Part shown: piece after piece, positions 8,754 to 16,838 of the stretch | How the letters are laid out: each line of letters starts with the position of its first letter | Numbering within the stretch: the stretch's first letter is position 1 | Source: a virus | Lineage: Duplodnaviria; Caudoviricetes | Length of the DNA stretch: 39,800 bases | Direction: 5' to 3' (one strand) | Virus record (IMG/VR): IMGVR_UViG_3300017747_003029 | Coordinates: 1 to 39,800 of that record | The notes under the pieces: model-generated | Told to the model about the DNA's origin: nothing | The model's input: only the letters and a program-made list of their open reading frames with translations | Database searches by the model: none | Position numbers and translations under genes: made by a program

Positions 8754-9722
8754 TTAGATGCCAGCGAAGTTACGCGGCATGGCATTGTTGAAACCAACAA
8801 TGATGTCGTTGTAACCCGATGCGTGATCATTCCCGTTGATGCTGACCAGCGGGCTGGCCTGACCGGGAATGTAGTTTGCCAAACCGATGATGCGGAAGGG
8901 GAGGTAAGCGTTGATCGCCGGGCCTGCCGCAGAGTTACCGATGAGGGAGAACTGGTCCGCGAAGAACGTGGACTGACCGTTGGCGGTGTTGCCGTTGGTC
9001 TCGCCGGTCGCCGTCGAATCGTTCCAGTTGAAGCTGATGTTCTGGCCGACCTGAGCGAGACCCACAGCCGTAGCGGTGGTGTTCGAGTTGGCGGTCTGAA
9101 CAAGGAAGCGAGCGTTCGGATCGGCGATGACCTTAGCCTGCACGTCGCCGGTGGAGCCAGAGCCCGGCCAGTAGGGGGACCACTCCTGCCGCTTCGTGGC
9201 AGTCGAGAGGTACTGGCAGCCGTTGAAGATGCCAGCGACAGGCACAATCACCGTCACGGTGCCCGAAGCAGTGGACGTGGCGCTGATCGTCGCGCCGCTG
9301 TTGGCGACGACGGCTGTGGTCGTGGTGGACGACGTGATGGTGAAGGCACCGTTGAGGTTGCCGGACGTCATCGTCGCGCCGTTGATGAGCAGCGTGGATC
9401 CGACCGGCGGGGCCCAAGCATTGGGGGTGGCCGGGGGCGCGCTGCCGCTGGTGGTCGTCGCGGCAGTGAAGGTCACCGTCAGGACGCCCGCAGCAGAGGT
9501 GGTGATGGCCGTGGCGGCAACCGTCAGGGTGACGGGGCCGTAGGCCTGCGTGATGTAGCCAGTGCCGATGCCAGTTGCGCTGGCGGCCTGCACGACCGGA
9601 TCGCCGTTGAAGATCGGGTTCGTGTTGCCAGATGCAATGGCCATGGTGATCAGCTCGTAGGTGGGAGTTGAGCCGTTGCCACTGTACTGGGAGAACCCGT
9701 TAGCCGCGAAAACATTCGGCAT
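8754..9722 (-). CDS. Capsid decoration/cement-like protein with T/A-rich inserted domain
   Basis: 322 aa, IFNGDPV...GIFNGCQY...DPNARFLVQ framing a T/A/S-rich insert; immediately upstream of the MCP. Confidence 0.6.
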   Translation of the reverse strand: MPNVFAANGFSQYSGNGSTPTYELITMAIASGNTNPIFNGDPVVQAASATGIGTGYITQAYGPVTLTVAATAITTSAAGVLTVTFTAATTTSGSAPPATPNAWAPPVGSTLLINGATMTSGNLNGAFTITSSTTTTAVVANSGATISATSTASGTVTVIVPVAGIFNGCQYLSTATKRQEWSPYWPGSGSTGDVQAKVIADPNARFLVQTANSNTTATAVGLAQVGQNISFNWNDSTATGETNGNTANGQSTFFADQFSLIGNSAAGPAINAYLPFRIIGLANYIPGQASPLVSINGNDHASGYNDIIVGFNNAMPRNFAGI

Positions 9723-9822
9723 AGGTCTATCCTTATTTCAGGGAGGTCTCGCGTGTCGCGCGCCGAGGCGACTGAGAACCGGGATATTGTTTTACTTCCC
9801 GCACCGGGGGGAAGATTGCGTT

Positions 9823-9851
9823 ATTAAGCAGCAATTCTGCGCACAAGTCAA
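9823..9851 (-). promoter_or_regulatory. Putative promoter for the capsid operon
   Basis: Minus strand TTGACT-17nt-CTTAAT in an AT-rich gap, about 100 nt upstream of the 9722 start. Confidence 0.5.
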
Positions 9852-9872
9852 TATATCGCATTTTATCATAGA

Positions 9873-9904
9873 TAAAAACCCGTGCTTCACGTGAAACACG
9901 GGTC
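9873..9904 (-). terminator. Intrinsic terminator
   Basis: Minus strand ACCCGTG...CACGGGT hairpin followed by TTTTAT, downstream of the 9927 stop. Confidence 0.6.
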
Positions 9905-9926
9905 AATTCGTCAGAAATACTGGAGT

Positions 9927-10436
9927 TTATTCCTCCGGAATTGGCATCGCTTCGTAGGATTTCTTGACCTTGGCGAGCGATGAATCCTTGTTTCTGCGCT
10001 CGAATTGGCCGGTCGGAGCTTCGTTAAGCTGCTGCTCCTTGACCCGGATCTGATCCCGCGCTCGCTTCCTGTCGATAGAGCGCACCTCCTGCGTGATCTC
10101 CTCCGGGCGCTCCATCAGGATCATGCCCTTGCGCATGATCACGTCGTCCTTGTACCCGGCGGGCATCATTTCCGGGTGCCGCTGGGCGGGGACGGGGGCC
10201 CAGCCCGTGCGGCGCAGGGCGACCTGATAGGACGGATCCTCCATGCCAAACACCGTGTGGCGCTTCCATTCATAGGTCCAGCCGTCCGGGATGCTGTGGG
10301 GATCGACAAAGAAGTCGTCCACACCCTCGTCCAGATCACCGCCAAGGTGCTTTCTGATTTCCTCGGCCCGCTTTTTGGCCGATTTGAGCGAGGACGCCTT
10401 GGTCTTGACCTCGGGGTTCACTGAATCGTTTTCCAT
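9927..10436 (-). CDS. Conserved phage head-region protein
   Basis: IPDGWTYEWKR...GWAPVP..RHPEM...GMILMERP. Start placed at 10436 on the GGAG SD; the ORF track extends it to 10451. Confidence 0.65.
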   Translation of the reverse strand: MENDSVNPEVKTKASSLKSAKKRAEEIRKHLGGDLDEGVDDFFVDPHSIPDGWTYEWKRHTVFGMEDPSYQVALRRTGWAPVPAQRHPEMMPAGYKDDVIMRKGMILMERPEEITQEVRSIDRKRARDQIRVKEQQLNEAPTGQFERRNKDSSLAKVKKSYEAMPIPEE

Positions 10437-10447
10437 CTTTCTCTCCA

Positions 10448-11365
10448 TCAATATTCGCTGTTGATGCGGCCTTCGCGGATAAGCGCAAGCCGGTTCTTCG
10501 CATATTCTTCGGGTGTCTGGCCCAAGCTCTTGGCGATCTCTCGCATCTCGGGTGTCAGCGTGACGACGTTCGGCTTGCCGCCGGTGCTGTTCATGCTGCG
10601 GCTCACGGGTGCCGCCGCAGGCGACGACCGGCGCTGCACCGGCTTGGCCGCGCTCGATGTGGCATCATCGTCAGAATCGCGCCGGGGCTGGTTCTTGACC
10701 TGCAGGATCTCCTCGACGTAGCCGAAATATTCGTCGGTGTCGGCTTCGATCCCGTCAGCAAGAGCCATCTGATGAGCGGCGATCATCTTCTGGTTCAGGC
10801 GCGGGTTCCTCACATATTCGGGGTTCGCCCTGATCCACGAGGCCGACCTCGGCGTGAGGCGTGCGGCAAACGCCTCGACCACGTCACCGGCTGCAGGTTG
10901 CGGGGCCTGCTGGGTACGCTGCTGCGCCTGCGCCTCCATGGCGGCCTTGCCGTTTTCCAGATCGAGGATCTTGGCGGCCATGTCGGCGATGCGGTCGTTG
11001 ATCTCCGCAGCGGCGTCAAAATCACCGGCAGCCAGCGCCTGACTGTAGGCTGCCTTCATCGTGGCCCGCTCTTGCTTCACGAAGTTAAGCGTGTTGCTGA
11101 CAAGCTGATGCTGGTTGTCGGCCACCTCAGAGCGCATGGCGTGCGCCTGCGATGATGCTGCCCGCTCGCGGTTCTCGGCCTCAATGCGAGCCTGACGCTC
11201 GAGGTCGAGCTTCTGCTTGAGTTCCTGAATGCCCTCGCGCGGGGTGATCTCGCGCTTCTTCGTAGGCTTCGGCTCCTCGGTGTCCTTCACGACGATTTCG
11301 TCGGGAGCGGCATCCACCGGATCGTCCTTGATCTCGATCTCAATCGAGTCGTTTTCGTCAGCCAT
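10448..11365 (-). CDS. Capsid scaffolding protein
   Basis: 305 aa: acidic N-terminus, long coiled coil, C-terminal 'VTLTPEMREIAKSLGQTPEEYAK' helix-turn-helix typical of scaffolds; upstream of the MCP. Confidence 0.7.
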   Translation of the reverse strand: MADENDSIEIEIKDDPVDAAPDEIVVKDTEEPKPTKKREITPREGIQELKQKLDLERQARIEAENRERAASSQAHAMRSEVADNQHQLVSNTLNFVKQERATMKAAYSQALAAGDFDAAAEINDRIADMAAKILDLENGKAAMEAQAQQRTQQAPQPAAGDVVEAFAARLTPRSASWIRANPEYVRNPRLNQKMIAAHQMALADGIEADTDEYFGYVEEILQVKNQPRRDSDDDATSSAAKPVQRRSSPAAAPVSRSMNSTGGKPNVVTLTPEMREIAKSLGQTPEEYAKNRLALIREGRINSEY

Positions 11366-11374
11366 TGGTTTCTC

Positions 11375-11761
11375 CTACCAAATTAGATCGGGGTGAGAGG
11401 CGAGGCACTGAACCCTGACGTCCTCAAGGATCCGGCAGTTCACACCATTGACGATCAATGAATAACCGTCAGAGGCACGGAACCCTACCCACGATCCAAC
11501 CTCGAGCTTGTTGTCGCCAAACCAGTCGGCATCCGCGCCAACATTGACGCCGGTCTTCACGATCAGGCCGATCTTGCCCTGATAGATGTCCTCGTCGCGG
11601 AATTTGGTGGTCAGGATGATCCCGCCCTTGGTCTTCTCCGGGCGCACATAGATCGCGCACAGAACCTTCGGGCCGATCAGATTGATCCCCGACAGGTCAC
11701 CGATCTTGCCGTGGATCTCCGCTGCGGGATCCACCTCGTGCATCATAGGCATAATTGACAT
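11375..11761 (-). CDS. GroES/Cpn10-like co-chaperonin
   Basis: Mobile-loop motif EKTKGGIIL, G.IVK.G, LEVGSWV.F, NGVNCRILED. Confidence 0.8.
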   Translation of the reverse strand: MSIMPMMHEVDPAAEIHGKIGDLSGINLIGPKVLCAIYVRPEKTKGGIILTTKFRDEDIYQGKIGLIVKTGVNVGADADWFGDNKLEVGSWVGFRASDGYSLIVNGVNCRILEDVRVQCLASHPDLIW

Positions 11762-11773
11762 TTTTCTCTCCAG

Positions 11774-11959
11774 TTACTGCTTGTTGATGTTTGAAATTGC
11801 CTGCTCCAAAAGTTCCAGAGCGGCCTTCAAACCGTCTATTTGCCCCGTCTGCTTCTTGTATTCCGCCATGTCGCTCAAGAAGCCGGAAGCAATGTTGTCA
11901 CGAAGGTCTGCGATGCGGTCAGCAATGAGCCTTCGCAGCTCTTTCGCCAGTCTTTCCAT
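11774..11959 (-). CDS. Small helical hypothetical protein
   Basis: 61 aa MERLAKELRR...IASG..DMAEYKKQTGQIDGL with a GGAGAG SD. Confidence 0.65.
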   Translation of the reverse strand: MERLAKELRRLIADRIADLRDNIASGFLSDMAEYKKQTGQIDGLKAALELLEQAISNINKQ

Positions 11960-12051
11960 TCTCTCTCCATCTCTCCAGTGTAATATGGGGGTGAAATGCT
12001 GGAGAGAACACTCCACCCCCACGAGCAGATCGGCGCATGACTACCGATCTA

Positions 12052-13686
12052 CTATTTCTTGCGCTTCTGAATCTCCGCCTTCTCGAGGCGGCCAAGGCCA
12101 CCGCCAGCACCAGCGTCCATGTCCTTGTACGAACGGTACACACGACCGCCAGCCTTCCGCCCCATCATGGGCGGAACGCCCGGAGGGAGGCCCATCGGGG
12201 CACCGCCAACGGGGGGCATGGGAGCCGCGCCAGCGGGCGGCAGCATGCCGGGGGCACCCATTGCAGCGGCGGGCGGAAGGCCCGGAGGCGGCTTCAGCGG
12301 CATGGGCGGGAGCGGCATTGGCATGCCCATGGCGTCAGGCTTGGGGGCGGTGTTGATGTTGATGTGAATGTTGGTCTTGCCCTTGGCCTTGGTCCGGCCA
12401 CCGCTCTTGCGAGCCATGGCAGGCGACCGGAACTGGCTGAAGGGAGATGCGTCTCCCATGTCGCCACCGCGCATCCCTCGCATAAGGGCCATTACGGGGT
12501 CCATGCCAGACTTCATCATACCCTTGAGGTTGTCCGACATGTTCTGAAACCGCTGATCGCCGCGAGCGGTCATGCCCTGCCCGCCGAGGCTGCCACCGCC
12601 CATCTTGGCAATGCGGCCACCGGTCGGACGGGTGCCGCCCTCATAGTTGCCCTTGCCGGTCTTGCCGCCGTTCTTCTTGCCCATCATGCCCGCCGCCATA
12701 CCGAGCAGGCCGGATGACTTGCCGCGCGCCAGCGAATAGGCGGGTGACAAGAGCTGTGCGCCCGTGTCAAGAGCATTGGCAGCCTTGCCCTTGAACGGGT
12801 TGTCGATGCCGAAGCCGCCGCCGCCCTTCTTCTTGGTGCGCCCGCCGTCCTTGCGCTCGGTGCGGCCCTTCTTATCGACCCACTTTTCCTTTTCTTCATC
12901 CCATTTCTTGCCCTCGTACTGACGAACATCGCCAAAATACGGATGCTTGAATTGGTCATCAGAGTCAGATCCAGCTTTGCCACCTTCCTTGCGTCCGGCG
13001 CGGCCCTTGAGCAGGGAGTGGATCAGCGCGGCTTCCTTTTTGCCAATCTTCTTGCCGGAACGATTGGAAGAGGCGATTGCCTTGTTGACGGCGTCCTCAT
13101 TGTAGCCGCCAGCCATGGCGTCGGGCGGCGTGTCATCGGCCTCGCCACCGGAAGCCCTGCCCATGCGGCCACCGCATGCCTTGCATGCGCAGCCCTTTCC
13201 GTGGGCCGCCTTGCCGCCGTGCTTCTTGCCGACTGCCGTGGTGTTCTGCCACTGCTGCTCCTTCTTGCCCTGAGCCGCCTGCGAAGCGCGGATCTTGGCC
13301 AGATCGGCGTTCGACAGATCAGCCGGGTAGGAACCAGCGTAATCGCCTTTGCCAGCGCGGTTGACGGTCGGGCCGCCGTCCGCTTTCTTCAGGGCCTTCT
13401 TGCTGACCATCGACTTGATCAGCTTCTTGTCCATGGCGACGTCGTCATGCTTGCCGCGCGGCTTCTTGCCCGCATGCTTCATGCCCTCGGCCCCTTCGGC
13501 CTTCAGGTTTACCTTGCCGCCGCGCTTGAAGGCCCGCTTGGAGATCGGGGCTGCGCCCGTCTTCTTGCCGGTTTCCATCAGGGGCTCGCGCCAGCCCGAT
13601 GCATCAATGTCACCTTTGGCGGGTGCTGCACGCCGCTGCGCCCGCTCCTTCATGGCCGTGCGGGCCTTCTTTGCCATATCGCTCAT
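12052..13686 (-). CDS. Low-complexity K/G/A/M/P-rich protein with about 11 xxGG motifs (putative internal head protein)
   Basis: 544 aa, AGGAGG SD, likely largely disordered; lies between the portal and scaffold genes. Confidence 0.75.
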   Translation of the reverse strand: MSDMAKKARTAMKERAQRRAAPAKGDIDASGWREPLMETGKKTGAAPISKRAFKRGGKVNLKAEGAEGMKHAGKKPRGKHDDVAMDKKLIKSMVSKKALKKADGGPTVNRAGKGDYAGSYPADLSNADLAKIRASQAAQGKKEQQWQNTTAVGKKHGGKAAHGKGCACKACGGRMGRASGGEADDTPPDAMAGGYNEDAVNKAIASSNRSGKKIGKKEAALIHSLLKGRAGRKEGGKAGSDSDDQFKHPYFGDVRQYEGKKWDEEKEKWVDKKGRTERKDGGRTKKKGGGGFGIDNPFKGKAANALDTGAQLLSPAYSLARGKSSGLLGMAAGMMGKKNGGKTGKGNYEGGTRPTGGRIAKMGGGSLGGQGMTARGDQRFQNMSDNLKGMMKSGMDPVMALMRGMRGGDMGDASPFSQFRSPAMARKSGGRTKAKGKTNIHININTAPKPDAMGMPMPLPPMPLKPPPGLPPAAAMGAPGMLPPAGAAPMPPVGGAPMGLPPGVPPMMGRKAGGRVYRSYKDMDAGAGGGLGRLEKAEIQKRKK

Positions 13687-13706
13687 CAGAGCCTCCTAGC
13701 TAGGTT

Positions 13707-16700
13707 TTACGGGCGTCCCCGTTTGTGCTGTCGAGCAATATACACGGCTTTCTGGACAGCGTCAGGGCCGGATCTTGCGAGTAGGCTTCGCGCACGCGCA
13801 TAACCCCCAGAGGAAAAACTCTCAGACGGATACAGTTTTTGCCGTGCTTGAGAAATATCATCCGGGTTTACGCCATAATGCTTGGCTTCAATCGGATTTA
13901 GGTTCGCGGCTGCAGTAAGTGTTCGTGTGAACCGGTCGGCAGGACGTGGTGCATTATTTGCTCCCACTGGCCCACGATTTCCAGATCCGTCACCGAGTCC
14001 ACGTCCCCCTTGTGTCGATCCAGAACTCGGGTTAGCGCCTTGTTCAGCAGCCCCCGCTGCGCTGGCGACATTGACAGGATGACTTCCTTCCCGATCACCT
14101 TCACTGCTCTGTGAGACATGGCGTCGTACTGCGTCTTGTCGATCTGCATCATTACCTCTCCATTTCATGATGGCAAGCGACGGGAGGGGATGGCGGTTTT
14201 CATCCCATCCAGCCTTCGCCCACTCATGTTTCATATCAGAAAACTGCTGTGGTGTCACATACTTTGGATCGAACGGAACCCGGCCAAGCTCCTGAAATCC
14301 AAAATGAGAATAGAAGTCCGGGAGGAAACCATTCGGGTGTTTGTCCGAGGGTACGGCATAGGCGTCGAGGGCTGTGGCACCGTGCTGGATGGCCTTCAGG
14401 ACGACCGGCGCGCCGCCAATTCCCTTGGCTCCCGGTTCGTTGTTCACGACGCTCACCAAAGCGGTTTCGTTCGGGGTTAGATCTGGGTGCGAGAACCCAT
14501 ACTCATCCTCGTAATTCGTGCCCTTCTTCAGCCCGAAATAAACTTCGCCGTCCTTGAGCTTGTAGCCGGTGAACTTGCCTTCCTTCCCCATTTTCTTGAT
14601 GTCGTCAGCACTATACTGAGACAATGTCGAGGATGAATCGGAGTCGCGGAGGGCGCGAGAGAAGTCCGCCGGGCCAACACCGCCTTGATTTACAGGCGTT
14701 TCGGTGTCGTGCCACCGATCATTGAAGGCGTTTAAGGCAAGCTGCGCGGCCTTACCGGACTGAATGTCCTTCGGGGCATGCGGTAGCTTGTCAGCAATGT
14801 CCTGCGTGATCGTAGTGACCGGCAGACCGTACTCGAACGCGCGCCGGACGTTCGGCGGTTTGCCCTTCGGCGTCACCTTGGTCTTGTTGATCTCGTTCTG
14901 CTGATCAAACCATGGCTGGTGCAGGATTTCGGCGGCCACCGGATGAGCGAAACGCCCGACGATGCGGCCATGCATGCCCCAATCGTAAGACGGGTGAATT
15001 GGCAATCCAGATTTTTGCAAATGAACGAGAGCATCAGCGGATCCTTTTGGCATTTCTAAAAGGAACATCGCGTTGCCATAAGGAACACCCGCAAAATCTT
15101 TGTCCAGCGTATCGCGGGTAATTTTTGTGACGTTTGGCGCGCCGTGTTTTTCCGCTTCGGTCTGCGACAAAATTTGAGCCATGCGTTTTCGCGACTCAAA
15201 GTTAAGCCCTTTCAAAAACGACATTACGTTCGGGTCCGCGAAGCCGGGAAACTGCCGCAAGCCCTGCACGGACTCGTCCTCGCCCGGTTCCTTAATGAGA
15301 TTGTCGAGCGCCGAAACGTGGTGCGGCTGGATGCGGTTGTCGCGCACATAGGCCATCGTGTTTTTGATGATGCTGTTCGCCAGCGAAGCGTTTGACTGGT
15401 GACTCTCCGGGGTCATCGCATGCACTGCGATGTAGTCGAAGTCCTTGTTAAGCTTTGCCGTTCCCTTGCCCTTGCCCTGCACCGCCCACCCGAGCTTGTG
15501 CTGCTGGCTTTCAGGAAGAAGCGGATAGCCCGGGCCACCCAGCATTGGTTCCGGGTCCGAAAGTTGGCTTGCATCGATACCGGTGAAGCGCCCGCCAGCG
15601 CGCGTTAGATCAGCCAGAAGCGAGCCTATGCGCTTTCCGACAAGATTCTGCGGATTGATAATCGGTACATCATTCCAAGACTTATAGTTGGTCGGCTTCC
15701 AGTAGTCCCACGACCGTGGTGCCGGTGGGCCAAAATAATCGCCCTCCGCCTGCGGCTCCACCGCCTTTTCAGTTTTCTTTGTGCCGCCCCGAGCAAATCC
15801 TTCCGCGACATATTTTTTTACAGGATCCGTCAAACCCGGAAGACCTGCTGCTCGCATTGCGTGCGCAATAGGGTGATTGGCAATATGGCCACCCTTGATG
15901 CTGCCGCCGCTGGCCGCATGCCGCATGCTGTCCATCACGTCCTGATGGGTGGTCTGGTCGCCCTCAGCCTGATCCCACACCGCGTGGTGCGCGAGGTGCT
16001 GGTAGTAGGGCTGAAGTTCGTCCGGCAGCGACAGGTTCATGGCTTTCTGCCGGGCGGTCAGCCGGTCGAGCGCGTCCTGCGCCTTCGGGTTCATTTTTTG
16101 ACCGGCGATCATGTCGCCGACCGTGCTGCTGGGCAGGCCAGTGTGCAGGATCCGCTGCCGGGCGTCGAAGGTCGGCTGATCGCCGCGCCCCATGAGGGAA
16201 GCCACGAAGCCCGCCTTGCTGGTGTCGATGCCGTGCAGCCCCTTGGCAAAAGCGCGCCATTCTCGCGCCGGGCTGGCGTTCTCCATGGCCGCAGCAACCA
16301 ATTGCGAGACCTGACCCTCCTTGCCCGGTAGGTTCTCCGCGGCCCAGCGCATGCCATTCTTCTGCAGGTTCGAGAGGCCATAGTGGCCGAAGCGATGGGC
16401 CATGTCGTCAAGGGTGTCCTCGCGCACCTGCCCCCTTTGGGCGGCGTCGAGGTAGGCCTGACCGGCAGGGGTGTGCAGCCATTCGCCGAACGCGCCTTCG
16501 GGACGGATCATGGAACCAGCGTTCGGCACCGGCATGCCCTTTGCGCGCAGCTTTTCGGTCGATTGGGCCTGCCGCTGGATGCTGGAGAGCGTGATCGTGT
16601 AGGCCTTGATCAGGTCGCGGGCCGTCAACCCCTGATCTCTGGCCTTCTTGGCCGTTTCGTCCATGAATTGCCCGAAATTCTGCACATGCGACGGAATTTC

Positions 16701-16838
16701 CCTGATGTCCCCAAGCTCCTTGACGACGTGAGACAGGGGCCGCCACTTCCAATCGCCCAGTTTCTCGCTTTTGGGGTCGCGGTAACGCTGAAGCTTTGAG
16801 ATTCTGAGCGCCTGAGCGGCTTGATCGTCCTTGTTCAT
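13707..16838 (-). CDS. Large multidomain (polyvalent-type) protein: HhH-GPD glycosylase-like N-terminal domain, unknown middle, GNAT-like C-terminal domain
   Basis: 1043 aa. 'KGLHGIDTSKAGFVASLMGRGDQPTFDAR' resembles the HhH-GPD signature; 'SVVNNEPGAKGIGG..VLKAIQHGATALDAY...FLPDFYSHFGF' resembles GNAT motifs A/B. Confidence 0.6.
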   Translation of the reverse strand: MNKDDQAAQALRISKLQRYRDPKSEKLGDWKWRPLSHVVKELGDIREIPSHVQNFGQFMDETAKKARDQGLTARDLIKAYTITLSSIQRQAQSTEKLRAKGMPVPNAGSMIRPEGAFGEWLHTPAGQAYLDAAQRGQVREDTLDDMAHRFGHYGLSNLQKNGMRWAAENLPGKEGQVSQLVAAAMENASPAREWRAFAKGLHGIDTSKAGFVASLMGRGDQPTFDARQRILHTGLPSSTVGDMIAGQKMNPKAQDALDRLTARQKAMNLSLPDELQPYYQHLAHHAVWDQAEGDQTTHQDVMDSMRHAASGGSIKGGHIANHPIAHAMRAAGLPGLTDPVKKYVAEGFARGGTKKTEKAVEPQAEGDYFGPPAPRSWDYWKPTNYKSWNDVPIINPQNLVGKRIGSLLADLTRAGGRFTGIDASQLSDPEPMLGGPGYPLLPESQQHKLGWAVQGKGKGTAKLNKDFDYIAVHAMTPESHQSNASLANSIIKNTMAYVRDNRIQPHHVSALDNLIKEPGEDESVQGLRQFPGFADPNVMSFLKGLNFESRKRMAQILSQTEAEKHGAPNVTKITRDTLDKDFAGVPYGNAMFLLEMPKGSADALVHLQKSGLPIHPSYDWGMHGRIVGRFAHPVAAEILHQPWFDQQNEINKTKVTPKGKPPNVRRAFEYGLPVTTITQDIADKLPHAPKDIQSGKAAQLALNAFNDRWHDTETPVNQGGVGPADFSRALRDSDSSSTLSQYSADDIKKMGKEGKFTGYKLKDGEVYFGLKKGTNYEDEYGFSHPDLTPNETALVSVVNNEPGAKGIGGAPVVLKAIQHGATALDAYAVPSDKHPNGFLPDFYSHFGFQELGRVPFDPKYVTPQQFSDMKHEWAKAGWDENRHPLPSLAIMKWRGNDADRQDAVRRHVSQSSEGDREGSHPVNVASAAGAAEQGANPSSGSTQGGRGLGDGSGNRGPVGANNAPRPADRFTRTLTAAANLNPIEAKHYGVNPDDISQARQKLYPSESFSSGGYARARSLLARSGPDAVQKAVYIARQHKRGRP

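Noticed and set aside
7766-9671. Long plus-strand ORFs (7766..8725, 8676..9671)
   Set aside because: Antisense shadows of the MCP and decoration genes, expected from biased high-GC codon usage; no SD or recognisable motifs.
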